Source: Promethearchaeota archaeon (GTDB lineage: Archaea > Asgardarchaeota > Lokiarchaeia > Sigyniarchaeales > SOKP01). From it: a stretch of 64,000 nt of DNA. A model generated the notes under the pieces. It made no database searches, was not told where the DNA came from, and was given only the letters and a program-made list of their open reading frames with translations. Below are positions 47,530-57,185 of this stretch, one piece after another. The position numbers and the translations under genes were made by a program. Each line of letters opens with the position of its first letter. Within the stretch, counting starts at the first letter, position 1. The stretch lies in assembly GCA_019057865.1 (NCBI GenBank), contig JAHLWP010000010.1, positions 18,163 through 82,162 of the forward strand. The letters are read 5' to 3'.

Positions 47530-49308
47530 TTATTCTTTAGTTCTTAATTCACGCCGTAATATTTTACCTACTACAGACTTGGGCAATTCTGGGATAATTT
47601 CTATTATCCTTGGATATTTAAATGCTGAAATATTAGTTTTACACCATTCCATTAGGTCTTCTTTTGAAACTTTATCTTGATATTCAGGTTTAAGCGAGAC
47701 ATAAGCTTTTATATTCTCTTCCACTTCTGGATCTGGAACTCCAACAACGCCAACTTCATTAATAGCTTCATGAAGATACATTAGATCTTCAACTTCTCTT
47801 GGAAATACAGAGTGTCCCTTATATTTAATCATATCTCTTTTACGGTCCTTGATATGTAGGTATCCATCGTGGTCTATACAACCAATATCCGTCGTATAAT
47901 ACCAAGTTCTTCCTTTTGAATCTTTTCTCAATGCATATTCAGTAGCTTCTGGTCTATTTAAATAACCTAGAAATACTTGGGGTCCACAACCACAAATTTC
48001 TCCAATATATTTTGCCTCATCTGGTCCGCAGTCATCACAATTATCATTAGGGCATTGAGGCAAAATTTTTGTGCCATCTTCAGGATCAACAATTTTTATC
48101 AATGTATCTGAAACGGGGAAGCCTACTGTATTTTCCTTATATTTATGGAATGGTGTGACCGTTAATATTGGACTTGTCTCGCTCATTCCAAAACCTTCTA
48201 CGATTAACGCACCAGTGATATCTTCAAATTCCTGTTTCACCTCTAAAGGGAGAGCAGAAGCCCCACTTAAGCATGCAATAAGAGAATCAAGTTTTCCTTT
48301 ATACTTGATGGAACCTGGGTCTTGACTAATCTTATTCCATAAAGTTGGCACACCAGGACCAAAAGCTATGCTTTCTTGTTTAATCATTTTTAATATCTTT
48401 GAAAGCTTAGCAGGTGGTTTTATAAATAAAACTAGTTTATATCCATGATACACTCCAATATTCATTGCTATTGATAATGCAAATTCATGTGCTAAAGGTA
48501 ATACAACAAACATTCCCCCTTTACCTAAAGTTTCTTCTACTTTTGGTAGTTGAGTTCGCACAAAAGTGCTACCCTGTTGCGCGTTTACCACAAAATTAAA
48601 ATGTGACATCATACACCCTTTTGGAAGCCCTGTAGTACCTCCAGTATATATCAAAGTAGAAACGTCTTCTATAGGATTTATATTCACGGCTGGTAACTCT
48701 ATCGGAAGTCCTCTTGTTAAAAAGTCTTGAAATTTATGGAAATTCACATCTCCAACTTTTGTTGGCCATTTTTTCATTCTTGGAACCTTTCCTAAAGCGG
48801 TCCCTAATTTAGCCTTCATTGGGGGCAGATATTCAGCAATTCCAGTCAATATAATATCCTTTAATGTAGGCATTTTACTCAATTCATTGCCATGTAAATA
48901 TTCTTCATAGAGTATATCTAAAATAATCAAAACTTTTCCTTTAGAATCATTTGTTTGATGAACAATTTCTGTAAATCTATTTAATGGAATGATGGGATTA
49001 GCAATAGCACCAATTCGAACTATACCAAAATATGTAATTACAAATTGAGGGACATTAGGTAAATCTATAAGTATAACATCCCCCTTTTTAATTCCCATTC
49101 TTGCGAGGGCTGTAGCAAATTGATCTGCTGCTTCATCTAATTCTTTATATGTCATCTGAAATCCTTCAAAATAAATAGCTTGACTTTCTGGGTACGTCTC
49201 AGCTGTATTTCTTAACATCTGTCCTAAGGATATTTCATCATAGTCAATATGGCGAGGTGTTTCTTTAGGCCATAACTTCATCCAATACTCAGTAATTTCA
49301 TCACTCAT
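47530..49308 (-). CDS. AMP-forming acyl-CoA synthetase (FadD-like) with Cys-rich insertion
   Basis: 'YTGGTTGLPKG' A3 motif, 'GFGMSET', 'TDIG..D.DGYL.I.DR.KD.IK..G' and a C-terminal 'GKILRR'. Confidence 0.85.
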   Translation of the reverse strand: MSDEITEYWMKLWPKETPRHIDYDEISLGQMLRNTAETYPESQAIYFEGFQMTYKELDEAADQFATALARMGIKKGDVILIDLPNVPQFVITYFGIVRIGAIANPIIPLNRFTEIVHQTNDSKGKVLIILDILYEEYLHGNELSKMPTLKDIILTGIAEYLPPMKAKLGTALGKVPRMKKWPTKVGDVNFHKFQDFLTRGLPIELPAVNINPIEDVSTLIYTGGTTGLPKGCMMSHFNFVVNAQQGSTFVRTQLPKVEETLGKGGMFVVLPLAHEFALSIAMNIGVYHGYKLVLFIKPPAKLSKILKMIKQESIAFGPGVPTLWNKISQDPGSIKYKGKLDSLIACLSGASALPLEVKQEFEDITGALIVEGFGMSETSPILTVTPFHKYKENTVGFPVSDTLIKIVDPEDGTKILPQCPNDNCDDCGPDEAKYIGEICGCGPQVFLGYLNRPEATEYALRKDSKGRTWYYTTDIGCIDHDGYLHIKDRKRDMIKYKGHSVFPREVEDLMYLHEAINEVGVVGVPDPEVEENIKAYVSLKPEYQDKVSKEDLMEWCKTNISAFKYPRIIEIIPELPKSVVGKILRRELRTKE

Positions 49309-49427
49309 ATTAAATCAATTTTGAATTTTCTGTAAATATGAATAATATTAATTCAATGAATATTTAAAATTTTAATAAAAATCAGAGTCAATTTCAGAAT
49401 AAATATTAATATAGAACAATACCTAAG

Positions 49428-49865
49428 TTATATTCTCATCTTATATAAATTTTTATCAGGGACATAACTCATCATAATCAAATCATCTCTTATATCCCAG
49501 CCCAAATTAAAATAAAAATCTACAACCTGCTTATTATATTTTTCAATGAATAAATGAACTTTATGTACTCTCATTTTATGAAACCTTGCAATTAATTCAT
49601 CTATCAACATTTTACCATATCTTCTTTTTTGGTAATCAGGTTCTACAGCTAGATGATGGATATATCCTCTTCTTCCATCGAATCCTCCCATTACAACACC
49701 AATGATTTTCTCATTTACCCTACCTATTAGGAAAAGATTTGGATTTCTTTTAAGCATTCTTTGGATTTCCTCTCTCGTATCAGTGGAACCTGCACTAATT
49801 CCTGCCTTTCTCCAAAGATTAATTACATCTTCATATAATTCCATAGAAAATTTTTCGATTTTCAT
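49428..49865 (-). CDS. GNAT N-acetyltransferase
   Basis: 145 aa. Motif A 'PDYQKRRYGKMLIDEL'. Confidence 0.75.
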   Translation of the reverse strand: MKIEKFSMELYEDVINLWRKAGISAGSTDTREEIQRMLKRNPNLFLIGRVNEKIIGVVMGGFDGRRGYIHHLAVEPDYQKRRYGKMLIDELIARFHKMRVHKVHLFIEKYNKQVVDFYFNLGWDIRDDLIMMSYVPDKNLYKMRI

Positions 49866-49913
49866 CTTATTGAGATATTTAACAAACTTTTTAAGTTTTT
49901 TATTAGGAATATT

Positions 49914-51998
49914 TTAGTTATTAAAAGATTCTAGAGATAATCTGGATATATTTTTCCTTACTTCTGTTTTATCATCAACAATCTTTTTTACATATTCTGA
50001 GATTTCTTTTCTTTTATTAATGTCCGAGGAGATTGGTAAGATTACGTCCATAATTCTGTTTCCAATCGTTGCAATTGTTCCTTGAACAAAAGTAATTGCT
50101 TGAATTTGTTTTTGCACAATATCTAAATTCAATAAATATAAAAGGAGATAAGAATCAATAAATTCATTATTTTCTAATACTTTTATCTGGAATATATGAC
50201 TTTGAATTATTATTTTAGTATCTAAGCTAGTTATATAAGCAGTTTTTCCAATCAAATTAGGCCCACCATCCTTAACTAATAGGATGTCTCCTTCTTCTAT
50301 ATTCTGTTTTAGTTTATAATGCTTATAAACTTCTTCACTTGTCTTTTTATATGAATCTAAATTTATTTCCCAATTATTTATTTCACTGGTCCGAATAAAT
50401 GGAATATCACCTAAACCATAAACATGAGATCCTATTTCATCTCCTCGAGGGAGATAACCACCCTTATTAGTATAAATTATTTTTTGGTTTGTTAAATTTT
50501 TAATACTTAAAAGTGTGAAATTTTTATCATCTGCCAGTCTCTTTAAAGTTTTTTCTACACCGATATAATAAATCGGGATGAAAATTTTATCTTTAATCTG
50601 GCTAAATTTAATCTTAAAGATTTTTTGTTCCTTTAAATAGTCAAATTCTTCAGCCTTTCTTATTTTTAAGTGTAAACCTATGAGGTCATCGTTTACTATT
50701 GGATAGCCTGCAGAATCTAATTTTTTACTTCCATCTTTATTCAATTTATATGAAACCTTACCATCTTTATCATGTCCCACATTTTCCACAATTGCAAAAT
50801 CAATTGTATAATCTGCCGGAATATTATTTAATTTTTGAAAGAATAAAATACTTGTTTTATTACATGTATAAGGTTGAAAGGTATTCTGATCTAATGAGAT
50901 AATAGCTAAGATTTTACCATTAGAAGTTAAATATTCCCAGATATAGCGATCTGTAGGATTTCCGAATATCCCTTCTGGTAAGACAATACCTAGCTTTCCT
51001 CCATCTTTAAGGAACTGAATGCACCTTTCAATAAATAAAACTTGGGGTGGTTGTTGTTTTACTAACTTTTCTTGCATTTTCCACTCATCACCAATATTTT
51101 TCCAAATATGACCAAGCTTGTAATCTTTTAAAATTTCTTTATCGTTTATAGGAATTTTAACACCAAACGGAGGATTAGTAAAAATATAATCAAAGAAATT
51201 GTCTTTTATTACTTCTTTTGCTTGAGTTCCATAACTTTTGGGATCCAAAGAATCCTCACAAAAAATATTAGATTTTCCATTACTCAATATTTCTAAGTAT
51301 AATTTACTAATTTTTGCTAAGAAGAGGTCTTTATCAATACCAAATAAATTTGAAATAGAATTAATTCTTTTTTCTTCAGAGCTGATTTTTGACCATAACA
51401 ATTCCTTTACTTCAAGAAGGAACCCGCCATGACCACACCCGGGATCTAGTAGTTTTGCATCAACAGTAGGATCTAAATAATGTACCATGAATTCAATGAT
51501 ATTTGGAGGGGTAAAAAATTGCCCTCCTTCATCTTTTAAAATCTTACTTACAAAAATCTCAAAAGCATCACTTAATATGTCTTTAGAGGATTTTAATAAT
51601 GAAATCTGCTGTAATTCTTTCACAATTAGGTATAAAAGTTCTTTATTTAGGCTAATTTGCTCGTTTTCACTAATTATATCCTTATATTTTTCTTTAACAT
51701 TTTTTTCGAATAGTTTTTGTATTCTTTCAAATAAATCTTCTATTGATTCACCTTTTTTAATACAAAAATCCACAATTTCATTATCATCCTTGCTAATTTC
51801 ATCAGTTAATTTACAAAGTAAGAGATTTATTATTTCTTTAGATCTTGTCCTTGTATCTGTATCAGTTTGTTTTAATTTAGCATATAAATGTTGATTAATT
51901 GAGATAAAGGTCTTCTTTAAATTTGGAGACTTTATTAGATCTTCTTTTTTAATTCCATTGGACCCTATTTCTAAGAAATCGGTAATGTGAACAGGCAT
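49914..51998 (-). CDS. N6-adenine DNA methyltransferase (HsdM-like, gamma class) fused to one HsdS-like target-recognition domain
   Basis: Motif I 'LLDPGCGHGGFL' and motif IV 'FTNPPFG'. The C-terminal ~230 aa ('GDILLVKDGGPNLIGKTAYI...SHIFQIKV...SYLLLYLLN...GTIATIGNRIMDVILPI') matches the type I S-subunit TRD pattern. Confidence 0.8.
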   Translation of the reverse strand: MPVHITDFLEIGSNGIKKEDLIKSPNLKKTFISINQHLYAKLKQTDTDTRTRSKEIINLLLCKLTDEISKDDNEIVDFCIKKGESIEDLFERIQKLFEKNVKEKYKDIISENEQISLNKELLYLIVKELQQISLLKSSKDILSDAFEIFVSKILKDEGGQFFTPPNIIEFMVHYLDPTVDAKLLDPGCGHGGFLLEVKELLWSKISSEEKRINSISNLFGIDKDLFLAKISKLYLEILSNGKSNIFCEDSLDPKSYGTQAKEVIKDNFFDYIFTNPPFGVKIPINDKEILKDYKLGHIWKNIGDEWKMQEKLVKQQPPQVLFIERCIQFLKDGGKLGIVLPEGIFGNPTDRYIWEYLTSNGKILAIISLDQNTFQPYTCNKTSILFFQKLNNIPADYTIDFAIVENVGHDKDGKVSYKLNKDGSKKLDSAGYPIVNDDLIGLHLKIRKAEEFDYLKEQKIFKIKFSQIKDKIFIPIYYIGVEKTLKRLADDKNFTLLSIKNLTNQKIIYTNKGGYLPRGDEIGSHVYGLGDIPFIRTSEINNWEINLDSYKKTSEEVYKHYKLKQNIEEGDILLVKDGGPNLIGKTAYITSLDTKIIIQSHIFQIKVLENNEFIDSYLLLYLLNLDIVQKQIQAITFVQGTIATIGNRIMDVILPISSDINKRKEISEYVKKIVDDKTEVRKNISRLSLESFNN

Positions 51999-52085
51999 AT
52001 TTTTTATATATTAAAAATTACCTATTACTCACTATATTCAATAAGACTATTATTATTTTTTATTAAATGAAAATTAATTTTATAT

Positions 52086-52868
52086 ATGTCTCTAAAAGAT
52101 CTCGATATCGGAGAATACATTGAATTTAATGTAAAGAAGAGATTTGCAATAATAACACTTAATAGGGTTCATAGATCAAATGCATTTACAATTGAGCAAT
52201 TAAGATTCTTAAAAAAAGCAATAGAATATTGTCAAAATTCAGAAAAAATTCGAGGTTTAATCCTAACTGCAAATGGAACAACTTTTAGTACAGGTATGGA
52301 CTTGGATTTTATTGATGGTAGTGATCATAATGCTGTAAAAGACCTTGAGAGAACTGCTGCTGAGATTTGTATGTTATTATTTAATGGAAAGCCTGCGATT
52401 GCGGCTATAAATGGCCGTTGTTTAGGTGAGGGTGTTGTATTTCTTTTATGTTGTGATTATAGGATAAATGTTAAAGACACTTATTTCCAATATCCTGAAA
52501 TCTTTTCTGGTATTTTTCCGGGTACAGGTTGTATAGTATTAATGACTAGAATTATCGGGATTCCTTGGACAAAAAGGATGTTAATGCTAGCTGAAAAGAT
52601 TAGCTCTGAAAAGGCGTTAGAAATTGGGTTAATTGATCAAATAGTTGATTCCAAAGAAGAATTGATGCAAGCTGCTATTGATAAGGCAAAATTTCTCTTT
52701 CCTAAAAATCAAACTGTTCTTAATGCTATTAAATTGTGTTCAAATCATTTACTTGATAAAATTTATCATAAAGCTTACGAATTAGAAAAAGAGGCTTCAG
52801 GGTGGTTTGAATATGATAATAAAAATAAATTCATAAGTGATTTTAGAGAAAAGTTATCATCATTATAA
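52086..52868 (+). CDS. enoyl-CoA hydratase/isomerase (crotonase) family protein, paralog 1
   Basis: 'ITLNR..RSNAF', 'TFSTGMDL', 'AAINGRCLGEG' and 'YPEIFSGIFPGTG' crotonase oxyanion-hole blocks. Only the second canonical Glu (PE) is evident. Confidence 0.8.
   Translation: MSLKDLDIGEYIEFNVKKRFAIITLNRVHRSNAFTIEQLRFLKKAIEYCQNSEKIRGLILTANGTTFSTGMDLDFIDGSDHNAVKDLERTAAEICMLLFNGKPAIAAINGRCLGEGVVFLLCCDYRINVKDTYFQYPEIFSGIFPGTGCIVLMTRIIGIPWTKRMLMLAEKISSEKALEIGLIDQIVDSKEELMQAAIDKAKFLFPKNQTVLNAIKLCSNHLLDKIYHKAYELEKEASGWFEYDNKNKFISDFREKLSSL
52602..52767 (+). repeat. near-identical block shared with 53428..53593
   Basis: By eye there are ~4 mismatches in the first ~134 nt. It encodes SSEKALEIGLIDQIVDS(K/Q)EELMQAAIDKAKFLFPKNQTVLNAIKLCSNHLLDK in both genes. 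Confidence 0.8.
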
Positions 52869-52911
52869 TTTTAATGATATTGAAAAGAAAAAAAAGTGAA
52901 AAAGAATAAAA

Positions 52912-53688
52912 ATGTCATTTGAAGGTTTAGAATTTGGAGAATTTATAGAATTTTCTATAAAAAAAAGATTTGGAATAATTACCCTAAATAGAGCAGAACG
53001 AGCAAATGCTTTAACTACTGAAATGTTAAAAGATTTGAAAAGAGCAATTGAGTATTGTATGGATAATGTAAAAATAAGAGGAATTATATTGACTGGAAAT
53101 GGTTCAAGTTTTACAACGGGAATGGATATTGATTCTATAGATGGAAGTAATCATGCTGCTGTTAAAGAATATGAACAAACCGCTGCCTTTATCGCGAAAT
53201 CAATATATTATGGAAAACCAACCATTTGTGCTATTAATGGTAAGGCAATGGGTGATGGTGTTGCCTATTCTCTATGCTCTGATTATCGAATAGCTGTTAA
53301 AGAAAGTTTTTTTATGATGCCTGAAATAAATTTAGGTATTTTTCCTGGAACTGGAACAATTGTGTTAATGACAAGAGTTATTGGGATACCTTGGACAAAA
53401 AAAATACTTATGTTTGCTGAAAAATTAAGCTCTGAAAAAGCGTTAGAAATTGGATTAATTGATCAAATAGTTGATTCCCAAGAAGAATTGATGCAAGCTG
53501 CTATTGATAAAGCAAAATTTCTCTTTCCTAAAAATCAAACTGTTCTTAATGCTATTAAATTATGTAGTAACCATTTACTTGATAAATCATATAAAGAAGC
53601 ATATGAATTAGAAAAATATGGGTCTGCTTGGTATGAGTATGAAGATAGAGATCAATATATTAAGGATTTTAGAAAGAGACTCTATTAA
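52912..53688 (+). CDS. enoyl-CoA hydratase/isomerase (crotonase) family protein, paralog 2
   Basis: Same blocks as paralog 1: 'ITLNRAERANAL', 'SFTTGMDI', 'AINGKAMGDG' and 'MPEINLGIFPGTG'. Confidence 0.8.
   Translation: MSFEGLEFGEFIEFSIKKRFGIITLNRAERANALTTEMLKDLKRAIEYCMDNVKIRGIILTGNGSSFTTGMDIDSIDGSNHAAVKEYEQTAAFIAKSIYYGKPTICAINGKAMGDGVAYSLCSDYRIAVKESFFMMPEINLGIFPGTGTIVLMTRVIGIPWTKKILMFAEKLSSEKALEIGLIDQIVDSQEELMQAAIDKAKFLFPKNQTVLNAIKLCSNHLLDKSYKEAYELEKYGSAWYEYEDRDQYIKDFRKRLY
53428..53593 (+). repeat. near-identical block shared with 52602..52767
   Basis: See the partner entry. The offset between copies is 826 nt. Confidence 0.8.
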
Positions 53689-53811
53689 AAGAAAGACTTT
53701 TTTGAAGATAATAATTAATCAAAAAAGTCGATAATCTCAAATAAATTAAAACTTTTTAACTAATTCTATCAATATTAATTATTAACAACTTCATTTTATT
53801 AAAAATTAAAG

Positions 53812-55542
53812 GTGGATATTGTAAACATGTCAAGTCCTTATAAAGACCGATTCTGGCGAAAATATTGGGACGAGGGATTAACTGATTTGGATCCTAGTTT
53901 ATGGAAAATTTCATATACGGAAGCCGTGAAGGATACTATTGAAAAGTTTCCTAAGAAAATGGCGTTAGCATATCAAGGCTTAGAAATAAATTATGGTGAA
54001 TTAGATAAATATTCAAATCAATTTGCTAATATGTTGATTAAACAAGGGTTTAAGAAAGGAGATGTTGTAGGAATAAACTTACCAAATATACCTGAATACG
54101 TGATTGCTCTTCTTGGTACTCTTAAAGCAGGATGCATTGTTTCTGGAGTAAGTCCACTCATGTCAGATGTCCAAATGCATTACCAATTAAATGATTTAGG
54201 AGCGGGTGAAAAAAATGTTGCTCTGGTAACTTTAGACGCAATTTTCCAGCATAGATTAAAAAATATAGAATCAAAATTGCCTCAATTGAAGTTAATAGTA
54301 TGGACTAGTGTTATTGGGATTTTTCCAAAAGAACAACAAGATAAAATTCGAGCTGTTAGAGATATTCCTTCAGGAGAGGTCACTCCATTAGAGGGAAAAA
54401 CTGTTCTTGACTTTCATGATGACGTCCTAGCTCAATACTCTACTGACGTACCTAAGGTCAATGTAACTCCTGATGATATAGCATTTATTCAATATACTGG
54501 AGGAACAACAGGACCTCCTAAAGGTGCTATGTTATCACATAGAAACAGTGTTTCGGATTTGTTAATTGTCCAAAAATGGCTTAGTTGGGAAAGTGGAGCA
54601 AAAATTGCACTTTCAGGATTTCCTTTTTTCCATATCGCGGGTACATTTTTCTGTGAAAACTGTATTTATCTAGGATGGGGACAAGTGCTTATACCTGATC
54701 CTAGAGATGCCTTACATATTTGTAATGAGATTAAGAAATATAAACCAACTGCTCTTGTAAATGTGCCTTCACTATTTCAAATTTTGATTAATACACGAAA
54801 ATTTAAGCGATTAGATCATTCAAGTTTAGAATTCTGCATTTCTGCTGCTTCACCATTTCCAGAAGAATCGCAGAAACAATTAGAAGGTATTATAGGTGAA
54901 GGTAAATTATTAGAAGTTTATGGAATGACCGAAACTTCTCCCCTTACTACAATGAATCCTATGAAAGGCAAGAGGAAATTAGGTTCAATAGGATTACCGT
55001 TATTAAACACGGAATTAAAAATAGTTGATCCTGATACTGGAGAAGAAGTTCCCTTAGGGGAACCAGGAGAAATATGGGTAAAAGGCCCTATGGTAATGAA
55101 AGGATATTATAATAAACCTGAAGAAACTAAAAAAGCTATTGACCAAGACGGATATATACGTACTGGAGATGTCGCGATTATGGATGATAGAGGTTACCTT
55201 AGAATTGTAGATCGTACAAAAGATATGATAATAGTAGGGGGTTATAAGTTGTTTTCTACTAAAGTTGAAGATATATTATCTAAACATCCTGCTATTGGAA
55301 TGATTGCTCTAATCGGGTTGCCAAATCCAGATAGGCCGGGTTCCGAAATTGTGAAAGCTTATATACAAATAGATCCTGAGTACGAATTTGATGGAAATGA
55401 AGATGCATTAAAAGAAAATATAATAAAATTCGCTAAAGAGAATTGTTCCCCTTATGAAGTTCCTAAAGTAGTTGAATTTTCAAAAGAGCTCCCTCTTACT
55501 GTGGTAGGAAAGATTGATAAAAAGTTATTACGCAAAGAGTAA
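53812..55542 (+). CDS. AMP-forming acyl-CoA synthetase (FadD-like)
   Basis: 'YTGGTTGPPKG', 'YGMTET', 'GEIWVKGP.VMKGYY', 'TGD....D..GYL.IVDR.KD' and 'GKIDKK'. GTG start at 53812, or ATG at 53827. Confidence 0.85.
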   Translation: MDIVNMSSPYKDRFWRKYWDEGLTDLDPSLWKISYTEAVKDTIEKFPKKMALAYQGLEINYGELDKYSNQFANMLIKQGFKKGDVVGINLPNIPEYVIALLGTLKAGCIVSGVSPLMSDVQMHYQLNDLGAGEKNVALVTLDAIFQHRLKNIESKLPQLKLIVWTSVIGIFPKEQQDKIRAVRDIPSGEVTPLEGKTVLDFHDDVLAQYSTDVPKVNVTPDDIAFIQYTGGTTGPPKGAMLSHRNSVSDLLIVQKWLSWESGAKIALSGFPFFHIAGTFFCENCIYLGWGQVLIPDPRDALHICNEIKKYKPTALVNVPSLFQILINTRKFKRLDHSSLEFCISAASPFPEESQKQLEGIIGEGKLLEVYGMTETSPLTTMNPMKGKRKLGSIGLPLLNTELKIVDPDTGEEVPLGEPGEIWVKGPMVMKGYYNKPEETKKAIDQDGYIRTGDVAIMDDRGYLRIVDRTKDMIIVGGYKLFSTKVEDILSKHPAIGMIALIGLPNPDRPGSEIVKAYIQIDPEYEFDGNEDALKENIIKFAKENCSPYEVPKVVEFSKELPLTVVGKIDKKLLRKE

Positions 55543-55816
55543 AAATAAATTTAAAATTCATTTTTTTTATCTTTTTAATGATTCAAGATTTAATTTGAAA
55601 TAATAAGAGTATTTCACACTATAATTCATTGAATCATTATATTATCCTAATATTTTCAAAGATATTATAAAATTACAAAATCTTAAAAACTGAATATGGT
55701 TTATAACACATAATTATCTATAGATAATTGGCATTTAAAACACATATAAGGAATACAAAAGATTAGAAAGCATAAAAAAGAAAGGTATAAACCAAGCATA
55801 GAAAAGGTGAGAATTA

Positions 55817-56101
55817 ATGGCTAATGATGATGACTCAAAAGTTTTTATTGGTAAGAAGAGGTCAATGAATTATGTAATGGCTGCTATGGTTGTTCTAAAT
55901 GAAAAACCAGTGAGATTACTAGCTCGAGGACGATCTATATCCCGAGCAGTTGATGTAGCAGAAATTGTTATTAATAATTTTATTAAAGGAAGTACTTATG
56001 GAGAAATCATAATTGACACTGAGACATTTACTAATGATGATGGGACTTCTAGCAACGTCTCATCAATCGACATTGAAATCTTACCACCAGAAAAGAAGTA
56101 A
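55817..56101 (+). CDS. albA: Alba DNA/RNA-binding chromatin protein
   Basis: 94 aa. 'VFIGKKRSMNYVMAAMVVLNE...LLARGRSISRAVDVAEIV' is the Alba core. GGTGA lies 6 nt upstream of the ATG. Confidence 0.85.
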   Translation: MANDDDSKVFIGKKRSMNYVMAAMVVLNEKPVRLLARGRSISRAVDVAEIVINNFIKGSTYGEIIIDTETFTNDDGTSSNVSSIDIEILPPEKK

Positions 56102-56149
56102 TAATTAGTTAAAAATCTTCAGGAGAAAATCAGGAGACTTTCTCGCATC

Positions 56150-56157
56150 TTTTTTTT
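56150..56157 (+). terminator. oligo-T tract after albA
   Basis: A T8 run lies ~50 nt after the stop. Confidence is low because T-runs are common in this AT-rich sequence. Confidence 0.3.
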
Positions 56158-56180
56158 ATTTTATTTTGTAGAAGGATTAA

Positions 56181-57041
56181 TTACTTAAGGACAAATTGAA
56201 ATTCATCTACGTCAATTACAGAGCGATAACCAACTTTTTGATAAATACTGTTCGACGTGGGATTCATTAAGTCTTAAATAAGAAACAAAATCGATTTCCC
56301 TCTTCTAATATGTTTTTACTTAATTTAGCTACACACTCAGTTGCATATCCCCTTCTTCTTAATTCTGGTGGAGTATAAACAAAGTTCACTAAATTTCTAT
56401 TAGGTGTTTTTCCTGCTTTTTGTACCATTGAAACTGGTTTATTATTATCTAATAATAAAAAAATTTTTCCCTTTCCTAATTGCCTTCGCTATTTTTTTTA
56501 TTGATTGTTCTATCATTTCGTTGGTTCTTTCTTGAAATGCTTCTATCAAAAACTCTTTTGCCCATTGCAGAATTTTATTCTCATATAACCTTGTGGCTTT
56601 AATAAATTCATTTTTACCTAAAGTTTCTTCTGCTACACGTTCTAATTTATAAATTCTTTCATTTGTAACTAATTCAGCGCTAATCCCTTTCTTTTTACAC
56701 CATTGCTTAATAAACTTTTTTGCTCCTTCTTTAAAACCCAAAACACCAGGTAATTTAATATTCTTTTTAATAAGTACATCAATTAAAACATCAATAGTTT
56801 GTAAATTATCCGTATACGATATAATTTGGTTATGGGGAGGAGTTCTTATAGAAACTAATTTTATCTTGTCATTCTCAGTAATAGAAGTAAAAATTGGTTT
56901 ATTATCTCCATATCTATATAAGTCTTCCTTTAGAGAGTTAAGAATCGAGAAAAGCAGATTATTTTCTGCTTCATACTTTAATAAAAATGGAAATACCATC
57001 TCATTAAATCGGTTGAGATCTTCATAAAATTCTACTTTCAT
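56181..57041 (-). pseudogene. GNAT-family acetyltransferase disrupted by a frameshift and an in-frame TAA
   Basis: The 198-aa N-terminal ORF ends in an A/T homopolymer region. The next frame continues '...PVSMVQKAGKTPNRNLVNFVYTPPELRRRGYATECVAKLSKNILEEGKSILFLI*DLMNPTSNSIYQKVGYRSVIDVDEFQFVLK*', which contains GNAT motif A and the C-terminal 'NPTSNSIYQKVGY' block. Confidence 0.6.
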
Positions 57042-57185
57042 AAATACACTAGATAATTATTTTGATTTAAATTCTCTTAATCTTCTTTTAATTAACCATT
57101 CTATTTAATCAGTATAAAAAAGGAGAGTATTTTGAACTGTCATTATATTAATAAAATAAGTTTAGACATTAATAAATTATAAATA

